Shown here piece after piece: positions 22,701 through 33,500 of a DNA stretch of 64,000 nucleotides. Within the stretch, counting starts at the first letter, position 1, and each line of letters begins with the position of its first letter. The stretch covers positions 15,295,881 to 15,359,880 of the forward strand of contig NC_092678.1 in NCBI RefSeq assembly GCF_964355755.1. The letters are read 5' to 3'. Under the pieces are notes generated by a model, which was not told where the DNA came from, did not search any database, and saw nothing but the letters and a program-made list of their open reading frames with translations. The translations under genes and the position numbers were made by a program. The DNA is from Antedon mediterranea (taxonomy: Eukaryota; Animalia; Echinodermata).

Positions 22701-25172
22701 ATTCAGAATCAATTATTACTTTGTGTAACGGGACATTAATAACATTCATCCCCACACCTCGAATTAACGCGGTCATACTCGTAGAACTACTTTTACCGAA
22801 AGAAAGAGCTCCTTCCAACATCATAGATTGGGCACAGCATGTATCTCGCATGACCCTAATGCGTTTAAAGCAATCATCACCTTTTAGCGATACCCGTGCC
22901 TCTGACATAAATGGTGCAAAATTTTCATTAGTTTTATTACATTCAATTTGCTTATTTACTTTTGAAATGTTGTTGGTGTCCCCTTTTAATGTAGCACATC
23001 CTACTGGAAGAGAAGATTTGTTACTTGAGTTACGTTTGAGAAAATAACATTGAGACATAACATGTCCTGGTTTTTTGCAATGGTAACATGTTAATACCTT
23101 AGGCTTATCCCAACGCTTACTCTTAAACGGACTCTGTCTCTTAGTATCAGATACCCGTTTGTAATCACGTGGTTTATCCTCATGGTTAGGATTATTTATG
23201 TTTATCGCACTTAATTTATGAGTCAATGCATAGTCATCGGCATATACTGCTGCGTCTTTCAATGTATCAATTTTACGTTCATCAAGGTGAATTTTAATAT
23301 CAACATGAATGCACCTTTTAAATTCTTCTATTAACATCATTTGCTTTAAATTATCATAATTCACTTCTACATCTTTAGAACTAACCCATCTATCAAACAT
23401 TTGCTCTTTAACTCTGGCAAACTCCACATGCGTTTGTTCACACTGTATCCTCGCATCTCTAAATCTTTGTCGATAAGCTTCTGGCACAAGTTCGTAAGCA
23501 CTGAGCACTGCTTTCTTCACTATTTCATAATCACTACATTCATGAAGGGGTAGAGCCGAATAAATTTCACGTGCTTTCCCTATGAAAACACTCTGTAACA
23601 GAAGGGTCCACTTTTCTGTCGGCCACTTCATACTGTACGCAATTTTTTCAAAGTGTTGAAAATATTTATCAACTTCGGTTTCCTGAAATTTTGGAACAAG
23701 CCTAATGTGTTTAGACGCATCGAAAGCATCAGGCGCACTAGCAACATTTACTTTTCCTTCTCTCTCTCTCTCAATAATGTCTCTTTCAATTTGGTACTGC
23801 AATTTCGCAAGCTCTAACTCTACATCTGCTTTTTGCTTTGCCCTCTCCATTTCCATTTCCATCATCATTCTCTCTTTATCAATTTCCATCTTAGCCATTT
23901 GTAACTCTAATTCTTTCAATTTTACAGCTTCACTCTCTACTTCCTCAACCACAATCACTTCCTTTAAACATGATTCTTCTAAGTATTCTTCTCTTACAAG
24001 GGTTTCAATTAATTTATTTTTAACAACTTGTTTTCTCGTAGACTGTTTTAAATGCAGATCAAAATACCTTCCCAACGCCAACAAATCTGGCTTTTTTAAC
24101 GTATTAAATTTTTCCCAGGAAACACACTCTGCAAGGTATTTTTCAGCCTCAAACTCCATTATAAACAAATGGTTAAAAAAAATTACAATAGTGTAGTAGT
24201 GATTGTTTGTTCCAAACCCCGAGTGAGTCCGATAACTCCGGTGTTCCCGGACGAGCCCCCAATTTCTGTTACGACCACTTTTGGCCTAGGCCGAAATACC
24301 TAAATAAATAGCAACAACGAGGCTTGGAACAGACAATAGTCGACACTCAGAGTATTATGCAAAGAGCACGAGCTCTATTTATTTCCTTTCACGAAGCACA
24401 AAATACATAACAACACAATTATAGATACGTATGATACCGAGTGGTTGGTTTGCCTGGCCATCTGTACACATCACAACCTTCTTATTCTTATCGTCCTGCC
24501 TTGCTTCCAGTATCAAGCACAGTTCTAACCGCAAGCGTCCTTAGCTGGCCCTGTCTCCTGAGTGACTCCCTTCTTTGTATCCCACACCCAGCACAGCTTT
24601 CCAAAATACCGCGCACCACCATGCTCCATTCTGATTCGTCCACTTGACCACCGACGACTTGATTCATTTGCATGCGACATGTGACACCTGACTCTCGTCA
24701 CACGTAACAATATTTATTATTAAGAAAATATCCTTTAAGATTGGAAAAATCACCGGTATACTTTAAAAGAAAACAAGACAAAATAATTCACATTGGGCCA
24801 AACACTTCTTGGGACAAACTGCCTACGTGTTAGGCAAGTTGGTTCTAGGTATAACCCAATTTGACTTTCCTGCATACATTATCACATAAATGCTGGATGA
24901 TATAGAGTGAGCTCATCTAATTCATGATGAATTGTTATTTTATAGGCCAATTTCAGGACAAGGAGATGCTGGTTGAGAATGAAAGCATCCGAGTTAATGA
25001 AGATTTCGAAGTTCATGCCACACTTAAAGTAGAATCTCGTCAAGTAACCGTTACTAAACAGTATCGCATGGTACCTGCGCTTGCACAAAAACAACCATGT
25101 TGGTTTGCAGGCGACAACGCAGCCGGTTTGATTGACGGCCATCATACTGACTACTTGCAAAAACAAATATAG
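7779..25172 (+). CDS. ITIH: Inter-alpha-trypsin inhibitor heavy chain-like protein (signal peptide-VIT-VWA-ITI_HC_C), about 941 aa, 15 coding exons
   Basis: Exons 7779-7934, 8320-8376, 8639-8799, 9709-9819, 10058-10196, 10572-10841, 12047-12332, 12903-13453, 13896-14181, 14869-14922, 15478-15516, 16553-16564, 17312-17425, 17992-18354, 24946-25172. All are GT-AG and phase-compatible, total 2826 nt. Motifs: VIT ([12 protein letters not shown]), [48 protein letters not shown] cleavage site, VHGLIGQF. AATAAA at 25230. The specific vertebrate paralog cannot be assigned. Confidence 0.93.
8962..9263. mobile_element. MITE-like element with about 35-bp imperfect TIRs in an ITIH intron
   Basis: gtcagctgctgcttttaa(a)gatttttttcg ... 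cgaaaaaaatcttaaaagcagcagctgac. Confidence 0.65.
11235..11760. repeat. Two adjacent arrays of short degenerate subterminal-type repeats (gaggtggtc..ttaa units at 11235-11470; ctacattagc units at 11538-11759 ending tgtaaca)
   Basis: Visible periodic motifs typical of non-autonomous DNA transposon ends. The partner ends were not found. Confidence 0.5.
14583..14722. mobile_element. About 140-bp palindromic MITE family; other copies near 11887-11997, 33893-34035, 35667-36390 (split), 38210-38655 (split), 39931-40062
   Basis: Consensus aagctctgtctacactatcaaact...gtgcccaaatatgg..gatatgacatcatcatgtcc...gggcacat...agtttgatagtgtagacagagctt, with inverted ends. Confidence 0.75.
15666..15787 (+). mobile_element. 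Helentron-associated (HINE/DINE-1-like) short element; further copies at 16265-16360 (opposite strand), 38436-38555, 40618-40750, 41154-41268
   Basis: aacaaggccatatacatggctgcagtcgcg...(gacc)n microsatellite...gtcgcgttgcacgcgac hairpin then aaaa. No TSD; sits in AA/TT. The layout matches HINE/DINE-1-type elements. Confidence 0.65.
18674..19116 (-). repeat. 3' LTR
   Basis: Direct repeat of 24267-24709, immediately preceded on the minus strand by the polypurine tract aagggggagag (19117-19127). Confidence 0.96.
19401..19519. repeat. 30-bp x4 tandem repeat in the retrotransposon 3' UTR
   Basis: atattcatttgcattacattcataatattt repeated four times right after the pol stop codon. Confidence 0.92.
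19522..24159 (-). CDS. Gag-Pol polyprotein (Gag with SCAN-like region, CCHC knuckle, protease, integrase, RT, RNase H), 1545 aa from ATG 24159
   Basis: In order: [14 protein letters not shown]; RDTCCAQS; integrase HHCC plus DCVGP/SDQG/IER plus GPY; [27 protein letters not shown]; RNase H DACD, EKE, TDH, ADALSR. No stops or frameshifts. Confidence 0.96.
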   Translation of the reverse strand: MEFEAEKYLAECVSWEKFNTLKKPDLLALGRYFDLHLKQSTRKQVVKNKLIETLVREEYLEESCLKEVIVVEEVESEAVKLKELELQMAKMEIDKERMMMEMEMERAKQKADVELELAKLQYQIERDIIEREREGKVNVASAPDAFDASKHIRLVPKFQETEVDKYFQHFEKIAYSMKWPTEKWTLLLQSVFIGKAREIYSALPLHECSDYEIVKKAVLSAYELVPEAYRQRFRDARIQCEQTHVEFARVKEQMFDRWVSSKDVEVNYDNLKQMMLIEEFKRCIHVDIKIHLDERKIDTLKDAAVYADDYALTHKLSAININNPNHEDKPRDYKRVSDTKRQSPFKSKRWDKPKVLTCYHCKKPGHVMSQCYFLKRNSSNKSSLPVGCATLKGDTNNISKVNKQIECNKTNENFAPFMSEARVSLKGDDCFKRIRVMRDTCCAQSMMLEGALSFGKSSSTSMTALIRGVGMNVINVPLHKVIIDSELVKGEAIIGVVPELPVKGIDMLLGNDLAGGRVLPELMINDNLTRTLQESNVLCETGTPDNDWEYPACAVTRAMTQKIEDRMSDNDGLDLEGTFMSNLEFYNPGEDIKKTKCDTSLNVGSGEPKSRKREPLSTEMLIKEQEDDSFIQKLGSRVLPKEEAAKLPVCFYKENNVVMRKWRPRHAQVHDVWAVVHQIVVPKVYHDDVIGIAHDNSMSGHLGVRKTHDKIIQHFWWPSLKKEVSRYCRLCHICQVVGKPNKKIPVAPLKPIPAFGEPFSKVMIDCVGPLPKTKSGNQYLLTIMCCSTRFPEAVPLRNIKAATVVKALIKFFTLVGLPTSIQSDQGTNFKSGLFQQIMLQLGIEQSTSSAYHPESQGAIERFHQTLKNMLRAYCVEFQREWDEGVHLVLFAARESVQETLGFSPFQLVFGHSVRGPLKLLKDKWLQGELNNVNLLDYVCDFRHKLNRATVIAKANLVKAQTKMKTWYDKNAKSRVFKPGDKVLALFPIQGSPMQARFHGPYEIDSKINDLNYVINTPGRRKSRQLCHINMLKEYAEHVSRDVKPNCAAVACNNDGGSHNDLKEKGKEYDLKLSNSDVMNNLQQKLTHLSIEQQSQLSTLVNKWNGIFSDTPSVTNAAIHDIIVGDTQPIKQHPYRVNPIKMKYLYKEIEYMLKNSIIELSKSDWSSPCMLVPKSDGSYRLVADMRAVNRCSKTDSYPIPRIEDLIDKVGNAKFVSKFDLLKGYWQVPLTPRAQEISAFCTPFGLYQYRVMPFGLKNAPATFQRMVNRLVANVEGCEAYVDDLIVYSQTWEQHMQQLNEMFKALSQANLTVNLSKSEFCHATVTYLGHVVGQGRVRPIRAKVESIYRYPAPTNKKSLMRFLGMVGYYRKFCPNFSSVAGPLTELLKKNVKFKWSDICESAFRKIKSMLMCEPILIAPDFKKQFRLYVDACDVGIGSVLMQKNVDGIECPVCYFSRKLSKHQMNYSTIEKECLALLESLTHFDVYLSTTVDPILVFTDHNPLTFIYKMRNKNQRLLRWGLTLQEYNVEIKHVKGKENVIADALSRGV
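24245..24261 (-). promoter_or_regulatory. Primer-binding site complementary to tRNA-Pro 3' end
   Basis: Minus strand reads TGGGGGCTCGTCCGGGA, 5 nt downstream of the 5' LTR. This is the classical tRNA-Pro PBS. Confidence 0.9.
24267..24709 (-). repeat. 5' LTR
   Basis: Direct repeat of 18674-19116, followed by the PBS. Confidence 0.96.
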
Positions 25173-26209
25173 TTTTGTAGATATTGTTCATTACCTTTCA
25201 ATAATTGTTAAACATCGTATAACTGTATTAATAAATAAGTTTTCGCAGGACCTCGTAAACGTTAACTTTAACTATATTTCTCATCATGCAACGCGCAAGC
25301 TGTCCGCTTACTTTGTAAACAAATCGATCTGCGCGTGCGCATGCATTACAACAACCTTTTGTTACGTACGTCAATAACCTTATTTCTGAAAAAATAGCGT
25401 CAATGAAAAACGTTAACCGAAGGGTATCGAAACATGAAATAATCATTCAATTTCTGCAAAATGGTTAAGAAAACAATGGTAAATTTAAAGTTTTTAATTA
25501 AACCAAATAATACGAATTGTTCATCGAATTTCCTATTTGTCAGCCAGTATTCATCTTTAAACAAGCCTAGCTAGGCCTAGTATCTAGGCACAAGATATTC
25601 CATGATTTGTTCGCGACACATGCGTTCCGTTCTACATTTCTCGTCGAAGCGAAATAAAAAAAAATAGTACGTTGCGCAACTTTTGGCTGAACTACGTTTT
25701 TATGCAAATGAGTAGAGTGTTGACGACATCCGTTAAAGTTACCGTTTACATGCTCATGCGAAAACTCCATTATATCTCATCTTTGTCTTTATCAAACAAA
25801 TGATGATGTTGCAACTTTTGAAAATTATGACCAGTACATATAACTTAAACACAAACATGTCTGTTGCTTCTTTAGTATTAAATAAATAGTGCCTTGAGCA
25901 CTTTTAGTGGATATGTGCGAATTAGACAATTCTGATGCCTAAAGACTAAATAAATTCAATATGTTTTAAAACATTAACAAATATACCTAAACCAATATCT
26001 AACATGAATCTTACAAATGTTATCAATTACATAAAAGTATGCATTTTGACGTTGAACACATTGTCACATAATATGTGACAATTATAGTCTATTTTGATCA
26101 ATAAAATTGATAATAGTAAACATTATGTGTGTGTTTTTTTTTAAACTAAATATTATATTATTTTAATAAAAAAGCATCCTTATTATTACAGTGAGCAGTG
26201 CAAGTGTTT

Positions 26210-26420
26210 TTTTCTAAACTTTCTATTATTTAAAAGTCGAAGATAGCCAGGTCTCGGGTCCATTCTATTGTCGCCACAGATTGATATCTTCATCAGTACT
26301 TCTATGAATGGATGATTAGCTGGGAACACGAACGCTAGTTGATCATACCCAGTACCGTTTTGATCATACGATTAATCGGGGAAACCACCTCACGACCTTT
26401 TTTTCCTAATCGCTCAAAGT
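26210..26420 (-). mobile_element. SINE-like repeat, homologous to 56365-56555
   Basis: Reverse complement ggtcgtgaggtggtttccc...caaaacggtactgggtatga.caactagcgtt...agtactgatg...gacccgag matches 56365-56555, and both end in an A-rich tail. Confidence 0.65.
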
Positions 26421-26752
26421 AGTTTACAATAAACATTGACTTTTCTTTCAGCAAGTTTCAACATGTATTCAATTTACCACTTTACAATTACATCAACACA
26501 TTTCCCAATCTCTCAAGGCAGCTTTTTTTTAATATTTTGTACAATTTTTATAAATACAAAAATATTTTACAGTGTAACATTTGTAAAATGTTTATTACAA
26601 TGAAACTGACTTAATTTATAAGTAACTTATCATCTTCGGAGGTGGAATTAAAGAAATTAGAAATTCGGATCAGATACATATTTAGGTAAACTGTTACTGG
26701 ACGGAACCGAAAGATTACTGGACGGTACCGAAAGAGGCTTAAAACAATTTAA

Positions 26753-29700
26753 GAGCCATTGTCTGTAAGAATCAAAGAAATATCAAAAAGAGTGGCAGAC
26801 TCAAAAAAATGGATTTCTTTCAAATTTTGCACATGGCTATATATGTGTTGAGAGAAATCAAATATGAAGTATTTTTTATTTCACACGTATATTTCCATGG
26901 CAACGGCCAAATTTGTGTTTTTGACAAATTTTGTACTTTTTTAAGGTTTTTTAAAATGGATATTGGTACTACTTTGATGAACGATATTTTTGTGTTGTTC
27001 ATTTAATTTTAAAAAATAATTAGTGTATGGATAATAACAATGCATTGTGTACCTGTTTCAAATGTTTTTATTTTGTTTTATTTCATACTTTGGGAGATAC
27101 CATTTATTTAAAAAGGGGTGTTTTTCACTTTTTTTAAATTGTTCAATGCAACTAAACTTTACTTCACCATAACGCCCAAAGTGGTGTATTTTTGTAGCTG
27201 ATTTATTACAAATAGGTAGTTCTAATGTTTAATAATTGATTTCTCAAATAAAATACTGGGGTAAATTTAAAATCTACAAGCAGTGTTGCGAGAAACATAG
27301 GCATTTTTATAAAAAAAAAAACATGGTATATTAGTAAAAACATTTTATTTTCTTTGATTATTTGATTTGATCATTGGTCAGAAAAATTCTTAATGTTTTA
27401 TATAGTTCTAGTTGTGTTGTGAGAAAAAAAATTAATTTTTAATTATAGATTCTGTAATTCCCAGTTATAATGTCGTTTTATAGGTTATATCCTCTGGAAA
27501 TTTGAATAAATTATCAGATCATTGTGAATTTTAATATTTGCAACAGATTACTCCTCACTTATTTTGAAGCTCCTCTTTCATTTGTTTACTTCTTTTATTT
27601 GCTAACCTAAGCAGATCCAACATGCCCATCCACCACCACTTTCGACTACCACCCCTCAACCCCCCCCCCACCCCGACTATAACCACAAAAAGATAAACTG
27701 CAACACTTTGGTCGATCATCCACTATAGAGTGTCAAATGCATGCATTCAAGCACCACCCACACTGCCGCTACTTTCGCCCCAATGAATAGACGGATTCAA
27801 ACTCCTCCACCCCACCCCCTCTCCCTTTCTCCAAGCCCCCACCCACCCCAAGTTAAAAATTGCAATGCAAAAGATAGGACATAAAGTTAAGTTTTTAGAC
27901 CTCGCCTTCAACCCCCTAACTATTTAAAAGTCCTGGATCCACCACTTTCCCCTCCCCAAAATAGAACCAATCAAAAGTCAATGATATACTCAGGTATGTT
28001 AATGCTACATAACAAATATTGAAGCCCTGATTTGAAATTTCATTTCATTTAAGGTCAGCATGTAAAATATCACACTTTATTATTAAATATTGGTTTTAAA
28101 TTCTATATTTTTTTTACTGTGATGGTTGGATTCAGTATTAATTATTAATTAATAATTATCTGATAATTATTTAATTTTCCTTAGTTATGCATAGCAACAG
28201 TTACTATGGTAACTAAAAATGAGATATTCTTTAGATTTTGCATATTTATCTCATACAAATTTAAATTTGTAGATTATTAGCAGGCATGCCTTATTTGCAT
28301 TTTCAAATTACCGTTTCACAAGGTCATATTCGTAAGCACTTTCTTCTGTGATTATTTTTATTCATGAAAACCCCATATATTTACAGCGGCCACCTCCCTT
28401 AACGGACGCAGTTTGAAAAGCCTGTTTGTTCTTCCTATCTAATTAGTGCATTTGGTGCTTACCGTAAGCAGCTGCGGGCACCTTTTTATACTAAAAATGA
28501 GATTTTTTGTAAGCGGCCAATCGAAAAATGTGATACTTATTGCATGGACCTATGAATTAGAGGTGCATGTTTATTGTATTTCTTCATTTATTAGCTTTGT
28601 TTTGAAGAGGTTTTAAAAACATTACTGTGAAGAGATGAGAAAACTACACAGATTTTGACCGACCATTTTTCATATGATAAAAGTTTTTAAAATTTGTCTG
28701 AAAATGCTAAAAAATACTAAACCACCTGATTATAAATAATAATAGGCCTACAATTAGCTGGAAAATTGAGAGGCTCGTTTCGTTAAGAATATCGTATATA
28801 GCCATAATAAGTGATTTTGGCCCTTTTCCAGGTCCCGAGGTGGCAACTGTATTTTAAAAAACATTTATCCTTAGTTAGGCATAGAAACAGGTTCTAAGAT
28901 AACATAAATAATACATTTTGACATAACTTGATCCAACAAATGACCCTTTCACAAGGTCAGACATTTTCTGGGATTCAGTAGATAAGTAAATTTGGAAAAA
29001 AGTAGTAAAGCTATGTAATCAATTGTTTGGAGTCATGAAACCCCATATTAAAAATATTGTACTTAGTTACGTATAGAAACAGTTGCTACAATACACTATA
29101 GGTAAAATGTTGATGTCATTTGACCTCAATATGTAAAATATTTTTTTTTTCATGAAACTTCATATTTAATTTGTTTTAAAAATATCATTTGTTACGTAAA
29201 CAGGTTTACGATAACACTAAAGGTAATTTTTTTTACCTTTATTCAGATTCGTCAAGACTTTCTTTCTGAGATTATTAGGATTCAGTATTTAAAGTAAATT
29301 TGGCAAAAAGTAGAAATGGAAACTATGTAGAAAAAATGTTTTGTATTTATGAAAAACCCCTTATTTTTTTTAAATTTTCGCATAGAAACAGTTACTATGG
29401 TAAAATGTTGACCTCAAAATGAATGAATTTACAAGGTCAAGTTTGTCATTAATGGAATGCAGTAGAAGTAAAATTGAGAAAAATTACAAATGCAATCAAT
29501 TCTTTGTATTTATAAAAACGCCATTTTTTACGTTTTTTAAAAATTACTTTCCTTAGTTACACATAGAAATGGTTGCTAAGGTAACACTATAGGTAAAATA
29601 TGAAAATTGTTGAGAATTGTTATGAACTATCTTGTAAATTTTGATCAAACATTAATAGTTGTAGTAAAGTGGGGACCTGTCCTGTTTTGCATTCTGACCC

Positions 29701-30567
29701 CTGTTGACCTCAAATGACCTATTTACAAGGTCAGATTTTTTGGGAGGTCTTTCTGTATCTCTTTACACAAAATAGATTTAAAAATTTATAAAAACCATTG
29801 ACGCAATTATTTCCAAGTTTAACATTATTTTCCATCAACTAAATATTTCAATGCAAAATACTGTTTTTCTGGCAATTAATTGAAATAAACCTGGCAACAC
29901 ATTCTACTATTTTATCTAAACTATTCGTATGACTCTAGTAGCATTATGACAAGCCACATATACATTTTATTATTTGATTAGCCATATTTAAATTGTGTTT
30001 CATGTGTTTTGTTTGTTGATATTTTGTTATATTTTTTGTATTTTTTGTATTTTCCTGGCAACACAAAACCTATGTACGAAATTTACCCCAGTGTTTTTTT
30101 CGTGATTATTGTTGACAAACCTATTGACTATCAAATTCAAAAACCTCATTTATTTAAAAACACCACTTTGGAAGTTATAGGTACGTTTATGAGGTATACT
30201 TTTATAAAAAAAAAAATTTTCTTTTTAAAATAATGGTATCAACCAAACTTAATTTTGTAATTTATTTTTTTTCTACATTAAATGGAACTCAATACATGTT
30301 GTTTACACTGCTATAAACAAAAACTGTATACTGAAAGTATTTTTTGTTAAAATAAGTATACACTATTTTCACTATAGAAAATCTGTGAAAAATGGCAAAA
30401 ACATCAAAATTTGGATAATTGACCGTTGTCATGGCAACGGAGGCTAAACATTAAAATGAATGTTGTAGATATGCTTTTATTGAAATGTCTATTCATGGTA
30501 AAAATTTGAGAGAAATCCATTTTTTTACATCTGCCACCAAATCTTTGATTTTTACAGACAATGGCTC
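26753..30567. mobile_element. Sola3-like non-autonomous DNA transposon, 3815 bp
   Basis: TIRs gagccattgtctgtaa(g/a)aatcaaaga (25/26 match, extending imperfectly for about 150 bp); GAG...CTC termini; TTAA TSD at 26749-26752 and 30568-30571; degenerate internal tandem units at about 28180-29740; no transposase ORF. Confidence 0.8.
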
Positions 30568-33500
30568 TTAATTGTTTGATGGGATATTACAATGATTTCA
30601 AGGTCCTTGTTTTTTGTGTAAATTGCTCAAATGATCAATTAATTTGAAATAGCTTGACACAGGTGGAACTATTCTGGCTTAGCCGGGGAAGATGGCATGT
30701 TCCTACTAAATGGGAAGTAGTTTATACTGTATGTTTACAAATTACTAGTAGTTCAATAGAGGAGAATATTTGGCCATACACTTTACAAATGTTACATAAA
30801 TAAATATTTTTTCTGTACATTAATCATATTTCACTTCTACTCTGGTTTTTATTTGAATTTATATTTGCTTAATTAGGCAATACTATAGAACGCCTTACTT
30901 TGATTTATCGGTTTTGTTTATAGTTTTCAAATTTGTTAAAGGAGGTTATAATTTAAAGTTTTTTTCTTTCAACTTAAATAATCTTCTTTCGTACAATTGC
31001 ATATTTATTTATACTTTTTCATAACGCTTAATTTACTTTTTGGTATTACATGCAAAACAAATAAAATATTACATAACATATCATTATATATGTTCTTAAA
31101 CTTAAGTTATTATTATTGTAGAAAACAAATTCGATTCTTCCTGTCTATTTTATAAAAAAGAAACAATCTTTTAATGTTGTAAATTGTGAAAACAGTAAAG
31201 ATGTACATTATTTCTACACAACTGGATAATTAATAGCACTCATATCTCATTCTTATATACATACACTTCAAACGAATATAGAGATATTAATTACCAGTGT
31301 GAAGTATCTTTTTTTAGAATAGACATTCGTTTATTGTTGTTTTGACGTCATCATGGATCATGCCGCATGGGGAGAAAATAAGTCACAAACGTGTTCGTTA
31401 CATGACGACATTAACTAGGTTAATTTCTTGGTTGAACGTGTTAAGTCACCGATGTCAATCGAGTAGTATAACTAGTATTAACATGTTTATAGTTTCAAGA
31501 ATTCAAATAAAGCCACATATAATCACTAGCTATAATTGTAGTAATGATTTCAATACAATTATTTTCTGTTCAGTGACATTTCTACATTAAAGCTTGGTCC
31601 CAAAAACGACGGAATACAAGAACATAAAAGTGACACAAGCAGCTTGTCCAATTTCATTCAGTCATAATTTTTTTTATTTTGGAATATCATAACAATGCTC
31701 ATATCCATAGCAAACGAAGAACATACTCAAAGCTAATGTAAAACCTAAGAAAGCATACTAAAGAGAACTGCAGCTAGTAAAGTACCAATACCATAAGCGA
31801 AAGAACATTTGAACTGTGATTGGCAAACTTACTCGCGTCGCGCGAATGTCCTCGCAATGCGATTTTTAAAATGATAAATTCATGTTAGTCCTTTTTTCTC
31901 TTCAAAGAAATACTAGCTTGTTGGAGATCAAACCACTAAGGCCAATCGACCTACATTCAAACTTTGTTTGCCTAAACTAATAAATTTAACAGGCTCAACT
32001 AGATGCATTAGGCTCTACATACAATCTTAAAAGTGTATGCGATGTATACATATGAGATAATAACTTTATGTGGGTGATGCATATTTACACTAGTGACATC
32101 CCCGAACATTGGTGGTGCTGTAGGGTTGTATAGTTGATTAATTAGGCCTACTTAAATACGAGACTCTGGGTAGAAATTCCTTCATACGAGGTCTAGTCAT
32201 GTGTCTTCATTTTAGGCCTAATGATATTGATAAACCAGGCATTATTAATTGGTAATATTATTTTAAAAATTCAATGCATCAACCTTTAAAACACATTTGT
32301 ATTGACTTAAACATAATATAAGCGGTCTATAAACGGTCTTAGCCGGCTATAATTCGTGACGTAGCAAGTAGTCTTTATTATAGACCATTGTTATACCGCG
32401 GTCTAACCTGCTAGCGGTCTTTAAAAAAGCTTTCCCGAATGAGTCTTAAATCATAAACGCTGATTTTACCCTAATATAGGTCTAGAATAGATTTTCTGGA
32501 GCAGAAATGTACGTAAGTGTTATGATTTTAAATTGAGCAAGCTACCTTAGGCCGATAAAGCCGGCATGAATCGAGAAGTTAAGATCATCAATTAAGACTG
32601 TTTTATAGCAATCCACCCTGACTCTATAATCAGCAAGGCAAAAATTTCACTGGATTAGGTGTGAAACAGTAAACATGTATATAACCGGGGGAAAGTAAAC
32701 TTTCCATGGAAGAGTTAAAATAAACTGTGTAATTTCACTTTTCTCTGATATAAGGAACATACGCTCTCTTGTATACTAAGATTGTTCAGGCATAGAGTAG
32801 GCGATATATGTACACTATAACATGTACGTAGTTTCTATTAACACACACTATCTGTGCATAAACATTTACACCGTACTAATAAACGAACACCATTCTCAAT
32901 GAAAATCATGTGCTCACTCAGATAGTTAAAACTAATGTTTAAAAAAGACAAAATGTAAAAATTACTCTAACAGCGAATAATATTAACGTATGTTATTAAC
33001 ATCTGACCCGCAAGTCAAGTGAGGAAAGTTGTAATGATATGTACATTTGAAGTGTTTGCTTGCGTTTGTTGGCCAACACAAAAGAGTTGACCCTAGGGAC
33101 TTAACCGTTAACGTAAGTCTACAGTATATCAATATACATAACTTCAGAATTGCTTGGGAACGACTGGGCTGCAGTTACGAACGACAAAACGTCAACACTC
33201 GTTACTAAGCGAAAAGTACGAGAGCATGTTACTCACTTTGTCGCGAGATAACATACAAACGATCCTATAGCGGCGCATGACACATGGACTGGACTTAATA
33301 CATGTTCGTATTTGGAATTATGAGTTGGAATTAAGGTAATACGGGACATAGGCTATATATCATTCATGCACAAGATAAGAGTAGTACGATAGTCAATGTA
33401 TTTTAAAGAATCTTTAAAAATGTATACAAAATAATACTTCTTTAAAATGTATATAATAGTATGTACAATGTTTTAATATGCGTACCGCGAGGTATTTTTC

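Larger units (their letters stand above)
18674..24709 (-). mobile_element. Full-length Gypsy/Ty3 LTR retrotransposon, Gmr1-like, 6036 bp, antisense in the last ITIH intron
   Basis: 443-bp LTRs at 18674-19116 and 24267-24709 (TGTTACG...CGTAACA), apparently identical; ATAT TSD at 18670-18673 and 24710-24713; PBS; PPT; single gag-pol ORF. Confidence 0.97.

Noticed and set aside
22421-24196. 208-aa and 163-aa + strand ORFs
   Set aside because: Antisense shadows of gag-pol with no independent motifs.
27620-27960. C-run-rich segment (G-quadruplex potential on the minus strand)
   Set aside because: Irregular low-complexity sequence inside a transposon with no supporting context.
31700-33340. Candidate CNBD2 promoter and 5' UTR exons (CpG-richer, several gtaagt donors)
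   Set aside because: Plausible, but several competing donors exist and there is no way to choose without transcripts.
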